Source of the DNA: Octopus bimaculoides
Taxonomy: Eukaryota
DNA: 40,496 nucleotides
Assembly: GCF_001194135.2 (NCBI RefSeq)
Contig: NC_069005.1
Location: forward strand, 13,929,500 to 13,969,995
Direction of reading: 5' to 3'
Below the pieces are notes generated by a model. The model was not told the origin of the DNA and searched no databases. It saw only the letters and a program-made list of their open reading frames with translations. Of the stretch, positions 11,122 through 23,329 are shown piece after piece (the stretch's first letter is position 1; the number at the start of each line of letters is the position of its first letter). Position numbers and translations under genes: made by a program.

Positions 11122-11318
11122 GGCCAACTTAATGACAAAAAGCGCAACTCGAAAGTAACTTATTTATTGGTGCTTTGAACAATATTTCGGCATCTCGCGT
11201 GCCTTCCACAGGTTCAAAATAAAATAATGTCAGTCTAAATATTGATGCTGAAATATTGTTCAAAGCACCAATAAATAAGTTACTTTCGAGTCGCGCTTTT
11301 TGTCATTAAGTTGGCCTT
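11120..11318. mobile_element. Inverted Penelope-like pseudo-LTR pair
   Basis: 75-bp arms at 11120-11194 and 11244-11318 (73/75 complementary). They start at an (ATT)n tract and overlap an HHR. Confidence 0.75.
11174..11218 (-). ncRNA. Minimal type I hammerhead with a core A6>U substitution
   Basis: TTTGAAC-CTGTGGA-A-GGCA-CGCGAGA-TGCC-GAAA-TAT-T-GTTCAAA: 7-bp stem I, 4-bp stem II and an ATAT palindromic stem III. Confidence 0.7.
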
Positions 11319-11451
11319 GGTGATGGATTACGTCAGCTATGTTTACCTTAGTGATGGATTGTGGCAATCGTATACAAAAGTTAAGAACTCACCTCTCTAT
11401 CGATCTATCTATCTATCTATCTATCTATTATTATTATTATTATTATTATTC

Positions 11452-11690
11452 GAGGATGCATGGTTTCAGTTCCTAGATCAGGTGGTGCATTGTGTCCTTG
11501 AGCAAAACACTTCATCTCACATTGCTCTGCAATCATTTCGACACCTGATGCATGGTATGCTGTGCACCTGTTCAAGCAACATTGATTTGATGCAGGGAGT
11601 GAGCTGATGTACAGCACATACAAGCAAATCATTTGTGCAGGTCGTTCAGCAAAAGCTAAACCCTCATATGTTGTCTTTGATGCTATTATT
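11452..11690 (+). mobile_element. SINE family C
   Basis: Core ttgtgtccttgagcaaaacacttcatctcacattgctc is shared with 18546-18860. Confidence 0.6.
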
Positions 11691-11707
11691 ATAATTATTA
11701 TCATTAA

Positions 11708-12076
11708 GGTGGTGAGCTGGCAGAGTCATTAGCACACTGGATGAAATGCGTAGGAGTATTTTGCCCATTGCTACATTCTGAGTTCAAATTCTGCCAAGGT
11801 CAACTTTGCTTTTCATCCTTTCAGGGTTGATAAATTAAGTGCCAGTGGAACACTGGGGTCAATGTAATCAACTAGCCCCCTTCGCAAAAATTTCAGGCCT
11901 TGTGCCTATAATAGAAGGGATTATTATTATTATTATTATTCAAATTCCACCAAGGTCAACTTTGCCTTTTATCCTTTTGGGGTTGATGAAATAAGTACCA
12001 GTTGTGCGCTGGGGTCAATGTAATCAACTAGTTCCCTTCCCCAAAAATTTCAGGCCTTGTGTCTATAGTAGAAAGG

Positions 12077-12170
<94 letters not shown>

Positions 12171-13065
12171 NNNNNNNNNNNNNNNNNNNNNNNNNNNNNN
12201 NNNNNNNNNNNNNNNNNNNNNNNNNNNNNNNNNNNNNNNNNNNNNNNNNNNNNNNNNNNNNNNNNNNNNNNNNNNNNNNNNNNNNNNNNNNNNNNNNNNN
12301 NNNNNNNNNNNNNNNNNNNNNNNNNNNNNNNNNNNNNNNNNNNNNNNNNNNNNNNNNNNNNNNNNNNNNNNNNNNNNNNNNNNNNNNNNNNNNNNNNNNN
12401 NNNNNNNNNNNNNNNNNNNNNNNNNNNNNNNNNNNNNNNNNNNNNNNNNNNNNNNNNNNNNNNNNNNNNNNNNNAGCAGAATCATTAGCATGCTAATTAA
12501 AATGATTAGCAATATTCAGACCATCTCTACATTCTGGGTTCAAATTCAGCTGAGGTCAACTTTGCCTTTCATCCTTTCGGGGTCAATGAAATAAGTACCA
12601 GTTAAGCACTGGAGTCAATGTAATCAACTTGTCCCCTCTACCAAAATTCCAAGCCTTGTGCCTTTGGTAGAAAGGATTGTTATTATTATTCAGGCAGCAA
12701 GTTATGGTGGCGAACCGACTGAAATGTTAGTGCGCCGGACAAAATGCTGAGGTTGACTTTGCCTTTCATCCTTTCAGAGTTGATAAAACAAGTACTAGTT
12801 GAACACTGGGGTTGATGTAATTGACTCATCTCCCACCTCCCCCAAGCTGCCCTTGTGGCAAAAATTTGAAATAATTATTAAGGTAGCAAGTTGGCAGAAT
12901 CAGTATGTCAGACAAACTGCTTAGTAACATTTCTTTCAGCTCTTCGCATTCTGAGTTACAATTCCACCAAGGTTGACTTTGCATTTCATCTTTTTGGGGT
13001 TGATAAAATAAGTACCAGTTTAGCACTGGGGTCAATGGAATTGACTAATCCCCTCCACCTACTGC
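11708..13065 (+). mobile_element. Head-to-tail array of about 5 family-A SINEs
   Basis: Copies at ~11708-11920, 11941-12079, 12475-12680, 12692-12880 and 12881-13060, all on the plus strand. They are separated by (ATT)n tails and one gap. Confidence 0.85.
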
Positions 13066-14097
13066 CTGAAGGATAAAAAGCAAAGGTGACTTTGGCTGGA
13101 TTTGAACTCAGAATATAAAGGTACAGTAGTAAATATCACAAGATATTTTCCTGCTGTTGAATATGTGTGCTCCCCAATTCTTATGGAGAACAATATACAA
13201 ATACTTTAACTGTAGAAGATTAGTTTAATGAGTATCATCTCCAATCATTTTTTTTTTCTTTTTTTTAATTAATTAATGATTAGAAGTCTTCTTTTCAGTT
13301 AAATAAGGGAAAGCCATCAAACTCCCTTTTTTTATGTATCACTAACAGGAAACAAACAAAAATGCAATTTGCTCTGATCCAAGACAAAAAATATATACGC
13401 CTTTCAAGTGTTTTTGTTTTCCTTTTCCAACGAAACAACTGAGGCTTGTGAAATATTTACAGAAACTAAGGACTACGGTGTGAAAATTGCTCGTCATAAA
13501 AGTAAAGATGTTTGATAGATTTTAATGATAAACAGAGAGAACAGAAGAGACCAGAAAATAAAAGGAAACATGAGATGCTAAAGAGAATTCTTTTTAGTTG
13601 ATATTGAAGTGGATCGCTTTTGTAATACAGTCGAAACTTTCAAGAAGTAACATATTCAACTGGGAATACCCTATTCAAGAAATTGGAGTGAATGGGTGGG
13701 TGGGTGCTGATGAGAGTGTGTATTTGGAATTTTGTGATTTTTAAAGGATTTTGTTCTTTTCAAGTGCAAAATACGATCTACATGGTGTGAAAGAAAAAAA
13801 GAAAAAATAATAAAGTGAAAAAATCATGTTATCTCCAGTACTATGGTGCAGGTGCATTAGATAATCAATAAGCTCTGGATAGGTGAGTCTATGTTGTTAG
13901 TTCAGTTTCTAGTTGAGGTATATCAATCCATTCACTTCTGATATCCAGAAGGTGTAGTCAGTAGTCATAGAGGACCATGCATTTGTGTTTCCAGTCAGAG
14001 CATGATAGAGTCTTATTAATAAAGTGCATGTAATATATTTTTATGCTCAGGATGCAACTGTAGCTTATTTTCAGGTTATCATCATCACCATCCTCAA

Positions 14098-14104
<7 letters not shown>

Positions 14105-14132
<28 letters not shown>

Positions 14133-14315
14133 ACAATAACATTTAATGACTATTTTCCATGCTGGCATGGGTTGAATGGCTTGACAGGAACTGGCAAGGC
14201 CAGGGGCTGCACTTTGTTCCTTGGTCTGTTTTGGCTTGGTTTCTACAGCTGGATGCCTTTCCTAATACCAACCACTTTACAGAGTGTTCTGAGTGCTTTT
14301 TATGTGGCACCATCA
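14105..14315 (-). mobile_element. SINE/LINE-tail family D
   Basis: Reverse complement of tggttgg..ttaggaagggcatccagc..catgccagcatggaaa + (GAT)n. Same family as 32855-33168; another fragment lies at 21562-21650. Confidence 0.7.
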
Positions 14316-14599
14316 CTCACACTAATGTTTTTACATGGCACCTTGGTCTTAGGATCTCGATTCTGCTGTGGTGGGCGAGACTCTCAAGAACAGCAATCTC
14401 AAGTACAACCTATCTCAGTCCTCTGTCATCTCCTTCATAAGGTTCAGCATCTTGAGATTGGCCATCTGTAAAAATAATTCTCTCTTTCTCACACAACCAG
14501 TGGTACATAACCAACATCCAATATTGTGTCCATTTAAAATGGATGGCGAATGATGATGATGATGATATGTCACAGTATGGCATAGTGTTATATCCCACT

Positions 14600-15330
14600 G
14601 GTCACAATGCACTTCCTCATAGTGTTGTAGATTTAAAATGATGGCACACCTCTGGCTGTGAAGGCAGGGCAGGTCAACATTCACTTGCAACTGGTACTCA
14701 ACTTGATAATGACTACTTGAGCATTGACATTTCCCTGTGGCTTCATCTCCAGATCTGTGAGCCTCATGAATGTCGCTGTAGATCCACAACAAATTCTGTT
14801 GGCCTCCACCCATTGTCCTCCCATCATAGTGCTGGCCACCTTCCATGCCATACTGCCCTTAACAAGATCATAAAGCATGGCCTTGATGTCACAAGCCTCC
14901 TTTCCTAGCTTGAGCCAGTGGAGCTAGACTAAAGGAATGGTAAAAGGCCAGACGGTATGACAGTTTTTCCCGTTCCAAGGTGGTAAGCCCCCCCTCCCAC
15001 TTCCCCATCTGGGATGTGACATGCTGTGACACCTTCTCCAGCGGCAACTTGGTGTTGTCAGCTAAGGGCCCAGGCTCTGCTGCTCGTCATGTTGAAAAAG
15101 ACAAACTGTCAATGTATCAGTCACTCTCCAATAGGCTTATGGTCAAGCCTGTGGACAATTGAGACCTCTGTTGTCCTTGGTCCCCAGACTATATCTCTAC
15201 TCACCACTACAGGGGCAGAGATTACTATCTGCAAGTGAGTCAGAGTAGCTGTTCCAGCATATCTCCTTCACAACGCCTTTTCCATTTTGTCTGCTGGTGC
15301 CATGAGAAATGTTGAACTATGATAGAAGAA
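14600..15330 (+). mobile_element. CRE-like non-LTR retrotransposon 3' region (zinc knuckle + restriction-like endonuclease), degraded
   Basis: Translates to HECRC..GLHPLS.HHSAGHLPCHTALNKII..LEP..GKRPDGMTV..IWDVTCCDTF..IET. Confidence 0.75.
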
Positions 15331-15783
15331 AGTGGCCTTTACTTATCCTAAAACCTAATTACCACTCCACTCAAACCTACATACCCAAGGAAGATTTTGA
15401 CTCAATAGAGACAATATATAGCCAAGATTAACTTAAATGCACCATAGTCCAACAATGGCTTAAGTCTTTTGGGGCATCTGGGCAGATTGATCAGCCTGAT
15501 GAAGCAAATGTTGTGAATGGCTGGTTTATTATATTATTTATTTCCATGTATTGTGTTGTTTTAGATTTTCTTATTGTATTGTTTATAAGCTTTCATAGTA
15601 TATATAGTTTTACATACTAATAAAGTAGTTTTAGGCACTTTATCCTTTGTTTTCTACATAGACCCATCAATTTCAATCTCAAAAAAAAATTTTGGTCCCT
15701 TTGGCTACACGTACCAAAACACCATGTGTCTCAAAAGGGTTAACTAGCTAAACTTCAAGGTCTCTGTCAATAAAATTCTTGTT

Positions 15784-18263
15784 TTAACCCATTCTTACCA
15801 ATTGTCTGTTTAAACTGACACTTAATTTATAAGGGTATAAAACAAATACTTGCTACAAATTGTGATTTGTGTATGATCTGTATCAAAGAATGAAACCTTT
15901 TCTTAATGTGCATGCAGTCTTGCACCATAACTTGTAACAACCACAGTTGTGCAACATGGTGAGTACAAGCATGGCATTCAGTAAATGGTAAGCCAATTAT
16001 TTCCAATTATTTAATTCTGTAGGCATTATTGTGGTTTCTATGTGGTTTTTTATGATCATAGGTGAGATGACTAATATTATTTGTTATCATTTGAGATTTA
16101 TGTCGTCAACAAAATAAAATAGAACCCCTGTCTGTTATAACGGACATCCACAGCACACCTGATATTTTATGTGTGTTGATATAGATTCATGTTATAAATA
16201 GCCAATATGATATATATGAAATAATCTCTGGTTTTCATTTACAATAAATTTTATACCTTCATATCTCTATATCATTGTAAGTTTTTCTTTCAGTCTTACA
16301 ACAGTAGAAGCCCTGGCATTATTGGAACAGCTGAGCAATGGCGGGAACGTTCACATGGGTCTCCCTCACAATATAGAACTCTCTGACAGCGATAGTGATA
16401 CTTCAGATGATGAGGCTGTAGGTTCCTCAGTTCAACTGAAAAGAGGGCTTTTGGAAACTGACACACAAATTTCTTGTCAACAGGATATACCTGAAGAAAT
16501 TGAAGAAGTTGCAGGAAATCTAAAACAAATTAAATTCAATAAAACAAGAAATTGGAAGAAAACAAAGCGGTGAATTGTGTTTCAACTTCATGTGAGCCTG
16601 TAGATATATCTGAGGAAGCAAAATCTTGTTCAAATTCAGTAGATTTCTTTAGTTTGTTCTTCACAAATGAATTACTGGATGACATTGTAGAATAAACAAA
16701 CCGATATGCTGTTCAAAAAGATAAAGTTCTGAATGTCTGCAAATTGGAGCTGTATGGATTACTTCTCTCAGCTCACTGTCCACTCCCTAATAAAAGAAGG
16801 TATTGGTCATCTGAAGACAATGTTCCAAAAATTTTACAAAATAGCATGAGGTGAGACAGATTTAAGACTATATTAAGAAATATCCATTTAGTGCCAATGC
16901 TTCAGGAGACGATCGTGCATTCAAACTCCGACCTCTACTTGACCGCTTACAAAAAAAATTCAAGGAACATTGTGGCTTGGGAGAACATCTCTCTGTTGGC
17001 GAAAGTATGATTCCATATTATGGTAAGCACTATGCCAAATGAGTTATAAAAGGGCCCTTTGTTCTCAGCATGGATATATGCATGCTTGACAAGAAAGACG
17101 GTCCCAATAAAATCAAAAATGCATTTGGCCTAGGTGGGAACATTGTCCTTGATCTCATTGATGCTGTAGGAGTACCAGACAATAAAGGTTTAAAAACATT
17201 TTTGATAATTATTTTACAAATATTCAATTGATGGAGAAACTTTTTGAGAAAGGAATACATGTGACAGGAACCTGCAGAGAAAATAGGATGGCTAGATATC
17301 CTTTCAAAACGAAAACTGAAATGAAAGCATGCCTCAGAGGAACAGTTGACTTCAAGTCTACATCAAATATAGCCACTGTGAAATGAAAAGATAATAACAA
17401 TGTTGTTCTGCTATCAAACTTTGAAACCTATGAAATGTCCACTGTTGAGCGCTATGATAGGCCTCAAAAGAAATATGTTCCAATTCCACAGCCTGAAAAC
17501 ATCCAAAACTACAACAAATATATGGGATTTGTTGACCTTCTGGATCATAACATCGGTTTCTATAGGATTCGAATGTAGCAAAATAAATAGTGGTGGCCTA
17601 TTTTTTCATATTTTGTATCTGTGGCAACCCAAAATGCATGCATCTTGATGAATAGAGCAGGGCACAAAATTACATTATACAATTTCGTCGAAAACATTTC
17701 TCTAACTCTATTGAAAACATATGGCACTCCAAAGTTTCAAAGAAAATTCACATCTGCTCATTTGAAAGACAATGCAAGATATGATGGTGTTGAGCATTGG
17801 ATTGAATATATTCCAAACGAAAGGAGATGCAAAGAGCACTCCGGGGTAAATCATTTCATATGTGAAAAATGTGATGTAGGGGTTCATCCCAAATGTTTCA
17901 AGAAGTATCATGTTCGGTAAAGCTGAATAGTTTCATTTCAAAAGGATATATTTTACTAAATAAATTTTCAGTTTTCATTGATATCTTATTTATGTGAACA
18001 GGAATTATTTACATAATAAAGTTATGGTCAGATATAATACTTTTTATTAGCCTCTAAATAAGTAGATTGCAAAGTTAACAAGCTTATTAAAGATTCATAT
18101 GCACAGTGCTTAATGTCCATTATAACTGACAGTGATTATTTCAGGAAATATCAAACGGATTTCAATGAAATTTTTTTCAGTTGTTATTTAGGTCAAAATA
18201 ATAGTATCTGTGAATCTCCAGGCAATTTCATTCATTAGAAAAATTTCAGCACCAATGAGTTAA
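15784..18263 (+). mobile_element. piggyBac transposon, degraded
   Basis: TTAA-CCCATT left end and AATGAG-TTAA right end (short match only) enclose a piggyBac transposase. Confidence 0.7.
15971..17920 (+). pseudogene. piggyBac transposase pseudogene (PGBD1-3-like) with a predicted 5' intron
   Basis: Motifs SVGESMIPY (D>G), FDNYFT, GTCRENR, YNKYMGFVDLLD, WWPIF, and the C-terminal CEKCDVGVHPKCF. It carries several stops and frameshifts. Confidence 0.9.
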
Positions 18264-18487
18264 GGCAGTGAGCTGGCAGAATCATTAGCAAGCCAGGCAA
18301 AACACTTAGCAGCATTTCGTCCCTCTTTACATTCTGAGTTCAAATTCTGCTGAGGTCGACTTTGCCTTTCATCCTTTCAGGGTCAATAAAATAAGAGATA
18401 AGTACCAGTTGATCACTGTGGTCAATGTAATTGACTTACCCAGTCCCCCAAGATTTCTGGCTCTGTACACAAATTTGAAATCAATAA
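18264..18487 (+). mobile_element. Family-A SINE, full length
   Basis: ggcagtgagctggcagaatc head, B box and Deu/Nin-like core. Confidence 0.85.
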
Positions 18488-18545
18488 TATTCTTGTTTAA
18501 GAATGTGTGTGTGTGTGTGTTATATATCATATACTTTGTTTGTGA

Positions 18546-18860
18546 AGGCACATGGCTCAGTGGTTTGAGCATCGGGCTCACAATCATGAGGTAGTGTGTT
18601 TGATTCTTGGACTGGGCTGTGTGTTGTGTTCTTGAGCAAGACACTTTATTTCACATTGCTCCAGTTCACTCAGCTGTAGAAATGTGTTGCAATATCACTG
18701 GTGCCAAACTGTATTGGCCTTTGCCATTCTCTTGGATAACATTGGTGGTATGGAGAGGGGAGGCTGGTATGCACGAGCGACTGCTGGTCTTCCATAAACA
18801 ATCTTGCCCAGAATTGTGCTTTGGGGGGGGGACTTTCTAGGAGCAATCCCATGGTCATTC
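18546..18860 (+). mobile_element. SINE family C
   Basis: tRNA-like head ggcacatggctcagtggtt, followed by ttcttgagcaagacactttatttcacattgctcc. Confidence 0.7.
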
Positions 18861-18956
18861 ATGGTTCTTCTTTAACTGACATGTTTATTTTTTTTGCTTT
18901 TCTTTTTTTATCATCACTCATTTTCTAAAAAACTATTCTTAATATTTTATTTTCAG

Positions 18957-19108
18957 TGATAAAGACTGTTCACAGCTACATATACTGGAACCAGCATGGA
19001 AATTTCAGCGAAACCGACTAACATTTGAAGAGGTTAACAATGTGTTCCAAGCTGTTCATGGCATGAGTTGCTGTCATCATTGCATAGTATACAATAATTT
19101 CCGTATTG
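18957..19108 (+). CDS. Candidate internal coding exon, unidentified gene
   Basis: Acceptor ttttattttcag and donor G|gtaaga. Only one frame is open across all 152 nt: DKDCSQLHILEPAWKFQRNRLTFEEVNNVFQAVHGMSCCHHCIVYNNFRI. Confidence 0.5.
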
Positions 19109-19410
19109 GTAAGAAGGTCCGCGACTTAATAATATGTGGCTTATCATGGATCCAACATCCATTCAGGATTTCATATCAGCAAGAAGTTTTCGTTGACAGT
19201 CTTGTGACAAAAGAGAAACAATAAACACATTTTTTACTATTATAACTATGGCTACTATTGATATTGTTTATTCAGCTCTTGATGGAGCAGACTTATTATC
19301 AAAGCATCTTAAACTCCTGACCAACCCAATTTATATACACAACATGGCTTCTGCACAGTTTTGTCTATCAAATTCATTTGTCAGCCCTGAAGGTGTCTTG
19401 TTAAAGGTGT

Positions 19411-19666
19411 CATACAGGGACATGAACACACCAACCCCAGTTGTCAAGCAGTGATGGGGGACAAACACAAAATACATACACACACACAGATATATACATA
19501 TGTATACAATGGGCTTCTTTCAGTTTCCATGTACCATGTCCACTCACAAGGCTTTGGTCAGCCTGAGGATATAGTAGAAAACACTTGCCCATGCAGTGAG
19601 ACTGAACACAGAACCATACGGCTTGGAAGCAAGTTTCTTATGTGGCTTCTTCACAGTTATGCCTGC
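19411..19666 (-). mobile_element. tRNA-SINE family B
   Basis: Reverse complement of the gtggttccgggttcagtc..cttgggcaagtgtcttctactatag..gaaactgaaagaagccc type. Confidence 0.75.
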
Positions 19667-21189
19667 AATGATATATATATTTTAAAAATCAATGGCAAAT
19701 TTAACTTTAAAAAGAAACTGGAAGTTGATTTTCAATCAATAAGAAAAAATATTCCATTTTCTTTCAGTGAAATTCATTTCCAGTTTAAATTTCAATGTTA
19801 TAGTCTCAACACACTCACACTCTTTTCCACCTCCACTTCCATCATAATCACTATAACCACAGCTCTGTTTTTGGAAAAAATTTAAGATTTATCAATTTGG
19901 AACACACTTCATTTGGAAAAAAAGAAATTAAGGAAATTTAATTATGGATTGACTAGTGCCTTGTGAGTGGAATTTCAATGACGGAAACTGCATAATGGAC
20001 CGCCGTCATTTGTGTGTATGCTAGTACCAGAAAATGAGACTGTGACTTCACCTATGATATTAATTTTTACTCTTGATAAATTATGAGGGGCAATCAAGAA
20101 CCTCAAATGCAAAAGCTGATTCAGGTTTAAATAGGTTATCAAAATAATTAATTCAAAAAGTTAATACATGGTGGCTTGATGGTAAACATAAACATTACTG
20201 CTTATACATGCATTCATCCATCCATCCATATATATATNNNNNNNNNNNNNNNNNNNNNNNNNNNNNNNNNNNNNNNNNNNNNNNNNNNNNNNNNNNNNNN
20301 NNNNNNNNNNNNNNNNNNNNNNNNNNNNNNNNNNNNNNNNNNNNNNNNNNNNNNNNNNNNNNNNNNNNNNNNNNNNNNNNNNNNNNNNNNNNNNNNNNNN
20401 NNNNNNNNNNNNNNNNNNNNNNNNNNNNNNNNNNNNNNNNNNNNNNNNNNNNNNNNNNNNNNNNNNNNNNNNNNNNNNNNNNNNNNNNNNNNNNNNNNNN
20501 NNNNNNNNNNNNNNNNNNNNNNNNNNNNNNNNNNNNNNNNNNNNNNNNNNNNNNNNNNNNNNNNNNNNNNNNNNNNNNNNNNNNNNNNNNNNNNNNNNNN
20601 NNNNNNNNNNNNNNNNNNNNNNNNNNNNNNNNNNNNNNNNNNNNNNNNNNNNNNNNNNNNNNNNNNNNNNNNNNNNNNNNNNNNNNNNNNNNNNNNNNNN
20701 NNNNNNNNNNNNNNNNNNNNNNNNNNNNNNNNNNNNNNNNNNNNNNNNNNNNNNNNNNNNNNNNNNNNNNNNNNNNNNNNNNNNNNNNNNNNNNNNNNNN
20801 NNNNNNNNNNNNNNNNNNNNNNNNNNNNNNNNNNNNNNNNNNNNNNNNNNNNNNNNNNNNNNNNNNNNNNNNNNNNNNNNNNNNNAATTATCAACCAGAG
20901 GATCAAATGCAATTTCACACCTTCAACAATCAATACATATATATATATATATATATATATACAAATATATGTCCCAGATGAACCAACTTCGTGGCAGTAG
21001 GTGCAGATGAGGACAGCTGCATCAAACTCTCTCATGCACCAAATGTCAATTCCTGAAGTAAAATTTGTGAAGTAAAATTGTGTAGCAACACCAAATGGCG
21101 GTGCCCCAGCATGGCCACACCTCATGAGCTGAAACTAGATAAAATGTAAAAATGAAAATGAAAAATATATATATATATATATATATGCA

Positions 21190-21362
21190 TATATGGGTGC
21201 AGGACGTCACCAACTGTGTAAACATCATGAAGTATGAAAACAAATGAGTTAAATACACAAACAACGAGAGAAAAAAATGGAAAACAGGACAAGTAAACAC
21301 GGAGAACGACCCTTCATCAGTTGTCGGCTGTCTATCTACTCCTCATTTTGAACATTCAATGA
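21190..21362 (-). mobile_element. Penelope-like terminal repeat with a truncated HHR (second copy of the 6430 family)
   Basis: Minus strand CTGATGA-A-GGGT (21320-21309), then 110 nt, then ACCC (21198-21195) and (AT)n. Confidence 0.55.
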
Positions 21363-22574
21363 CAATATATATATTTATATGAATGGATGGATGGCTAGAC
21401 AGACAGGGAGATAGTTAGATATGCATATATATGTGTATATGTGTGTGAGAGATATAGGCATGTATGTATATATGTATGTGTGAGTGTATATGTATATTCA
21501 AATACGCATATTAAGTTATGCATGTTAAGTTCGTGTATGCATATATATATATATCATCATCATCATGTTTGGCATCCAGGAGTCAGCAAACCAGAGGACT
21601 GCACCAAGCTCCAGTGCCTTCTTTGACATGGTTTCTAAGGCTGGATGCTCTACACACACACATATATGTATGCATGTGTATGAATATCTTTGTAGATATG
21701 CATGTTTGTGTATGTGTATGTGTGTGTATATCAAGTTCCATACATTTGCATCAAAATGTAACTTAGCCTTTCAATAAATGAAAACAAAATAAGCACCACA
21801 TTGAATAAGTACAGATGTTGCCTTATATTATCAAGTAAAATCCTTGAAGGAACTTTGCTCCAGCATGGCATAGTTCAATGGTTGAAACCAATAGAAGGAC
21901 AGCAGAACCTAAAAGAAAAAAAAATCCCAGAATTAGAATATTATACAGAGAGAGGAATGGCTCAGAAAAGACATTAAACTGAGAGAAAGAAAGAAAATGC
22001 AAAAGTAGAGAGGGGGAAGGGAGGGAGTTAGAGTGAGAAAAGAGAGGGAGGGGAATGGGATGGTTGGCAGAGAGAGAGAAAAAATATATTCTATGCATAA
22101 TAAAAATGTGATGTGTCTTAGAAGACAACTTGTAGCAATGAGGATTTGATAAAGGACACGACACACTCTTCCTCTTCATTGAAACAGACAGCTGAAGCGA
22201 AAATATTTTTTTTTTCTATATTGTTTGATTCGGATTATATTGGTGACAGCTGACATGAAAGGCAGACTTTGTTATCAAAATCTCCAGTACTTTCCAACAA
22301 ATCGAGTAATTTGTGGTATATGTATTTACAAGACAATATCAAATAGAATTATAACGAGAATTGTTTGGGGGTTTTTTTTTGCTTTTTTTTTTTTACAACT
22401 CTTCCCATGGTTTTGCAATAACTTCAACTGCAAGATAATCGAGACAAATCCAAATCCTAATGATTACTCACTTTCCCACAGAATAAAAGTACCAGATGTT
22501 CACACACACACACAAAATATAAAAATAATTTTTTCACGTCATTTGAGGTGTTTTCATAAGTAAAATCATATATA

Positions 22575-22736
22575 GGTGTCGGTGTGATTGTTTGGTAAGA
22601 AGCTTGCTTTTCAGCTACATGGTCGTGGGTTCAGTCCCACTGTGTGGCATCTTGGGTAAGTGATTGCTACTATAGCCCTGGGTTGACCAAAGATTTGTGA
22701 GTTGATTTGATAGATGAAAACTGAAAGAAGCCCATT
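22575..22736 (+). mobile_element. tRNA-SINE family B, 5' part
   Basis: ggtgtcggtgtgattgtttggtaagaagcttgc..gggttcagtcccactg..gaaaactgaaagaagccc. Confidence 0.8.
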
Positions 22737-23113
22737 ATATATATATATAAATATATACATACACAGAGTCCGCCAAAAAAAATATATACACACTTCAGGA
22801 AAGGAAAAAATCTGTATAAATATTTTAATTCAGTGTTATTGCAATTTGATTAAACATTAAAAGTATTTATATTGATAGAAATACTAATACAAGTTAAATA
22901 CCTTTGTATACACACACACACACACACACACACACCATTTTATATTTTTTATTTTGTGCATGTGCATTGTTTGTTTTTGATTTTGTCAACTACACAGTAT
23001 AGTAGACTGAATCCTTGAAGCATCAAATTGACACCTTGGTGACATTTATTCCAATTCTTTATGTCCTGTCTTGAAATGTTGATGAGGATAATTTTGCTTC
23101 TTATCCTTTTGGA

Positions 23114-23329
23114 GTAAGGAATCAATATCCTCCTCCATCATCACTACAAGAACTGGAGACTGTTTTAGCTGAAGAATGGACAAAAATTCTTTTGGAAACA
23201 ATTCAAACTTTGTACGAGTCCATACTTCGTAGAATTCAAGCTGTAATTACTACTAAAGTCGGTGCTACCCATATTAAAATTAATTTGTTTGAAATTTTAA
23301 GGTGTTTCCAGTATTTTGTCCAACCTCTG
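23114..23329 (+). mobile_element. Tc1 transposon 3' fragment
   Basis: YPPPSSLQELETVLAEEWTKI..LYESILRRIQAVITTKVGATPY*, followed by a terminus ttttgtccaacctctg. Confidence 0.8.

Noticed and set aside
5790-18400. tRNA genes
   Set aside because: The A/B-box-like segments are SINE heads without a full cloverleaf.
20975-21060. Minus-strand acceptor with the peptide GIDIWCMREFDAAVL
   Set aside because: There is no convincing donor or partner exon, and the frame runs into a microsatellite.
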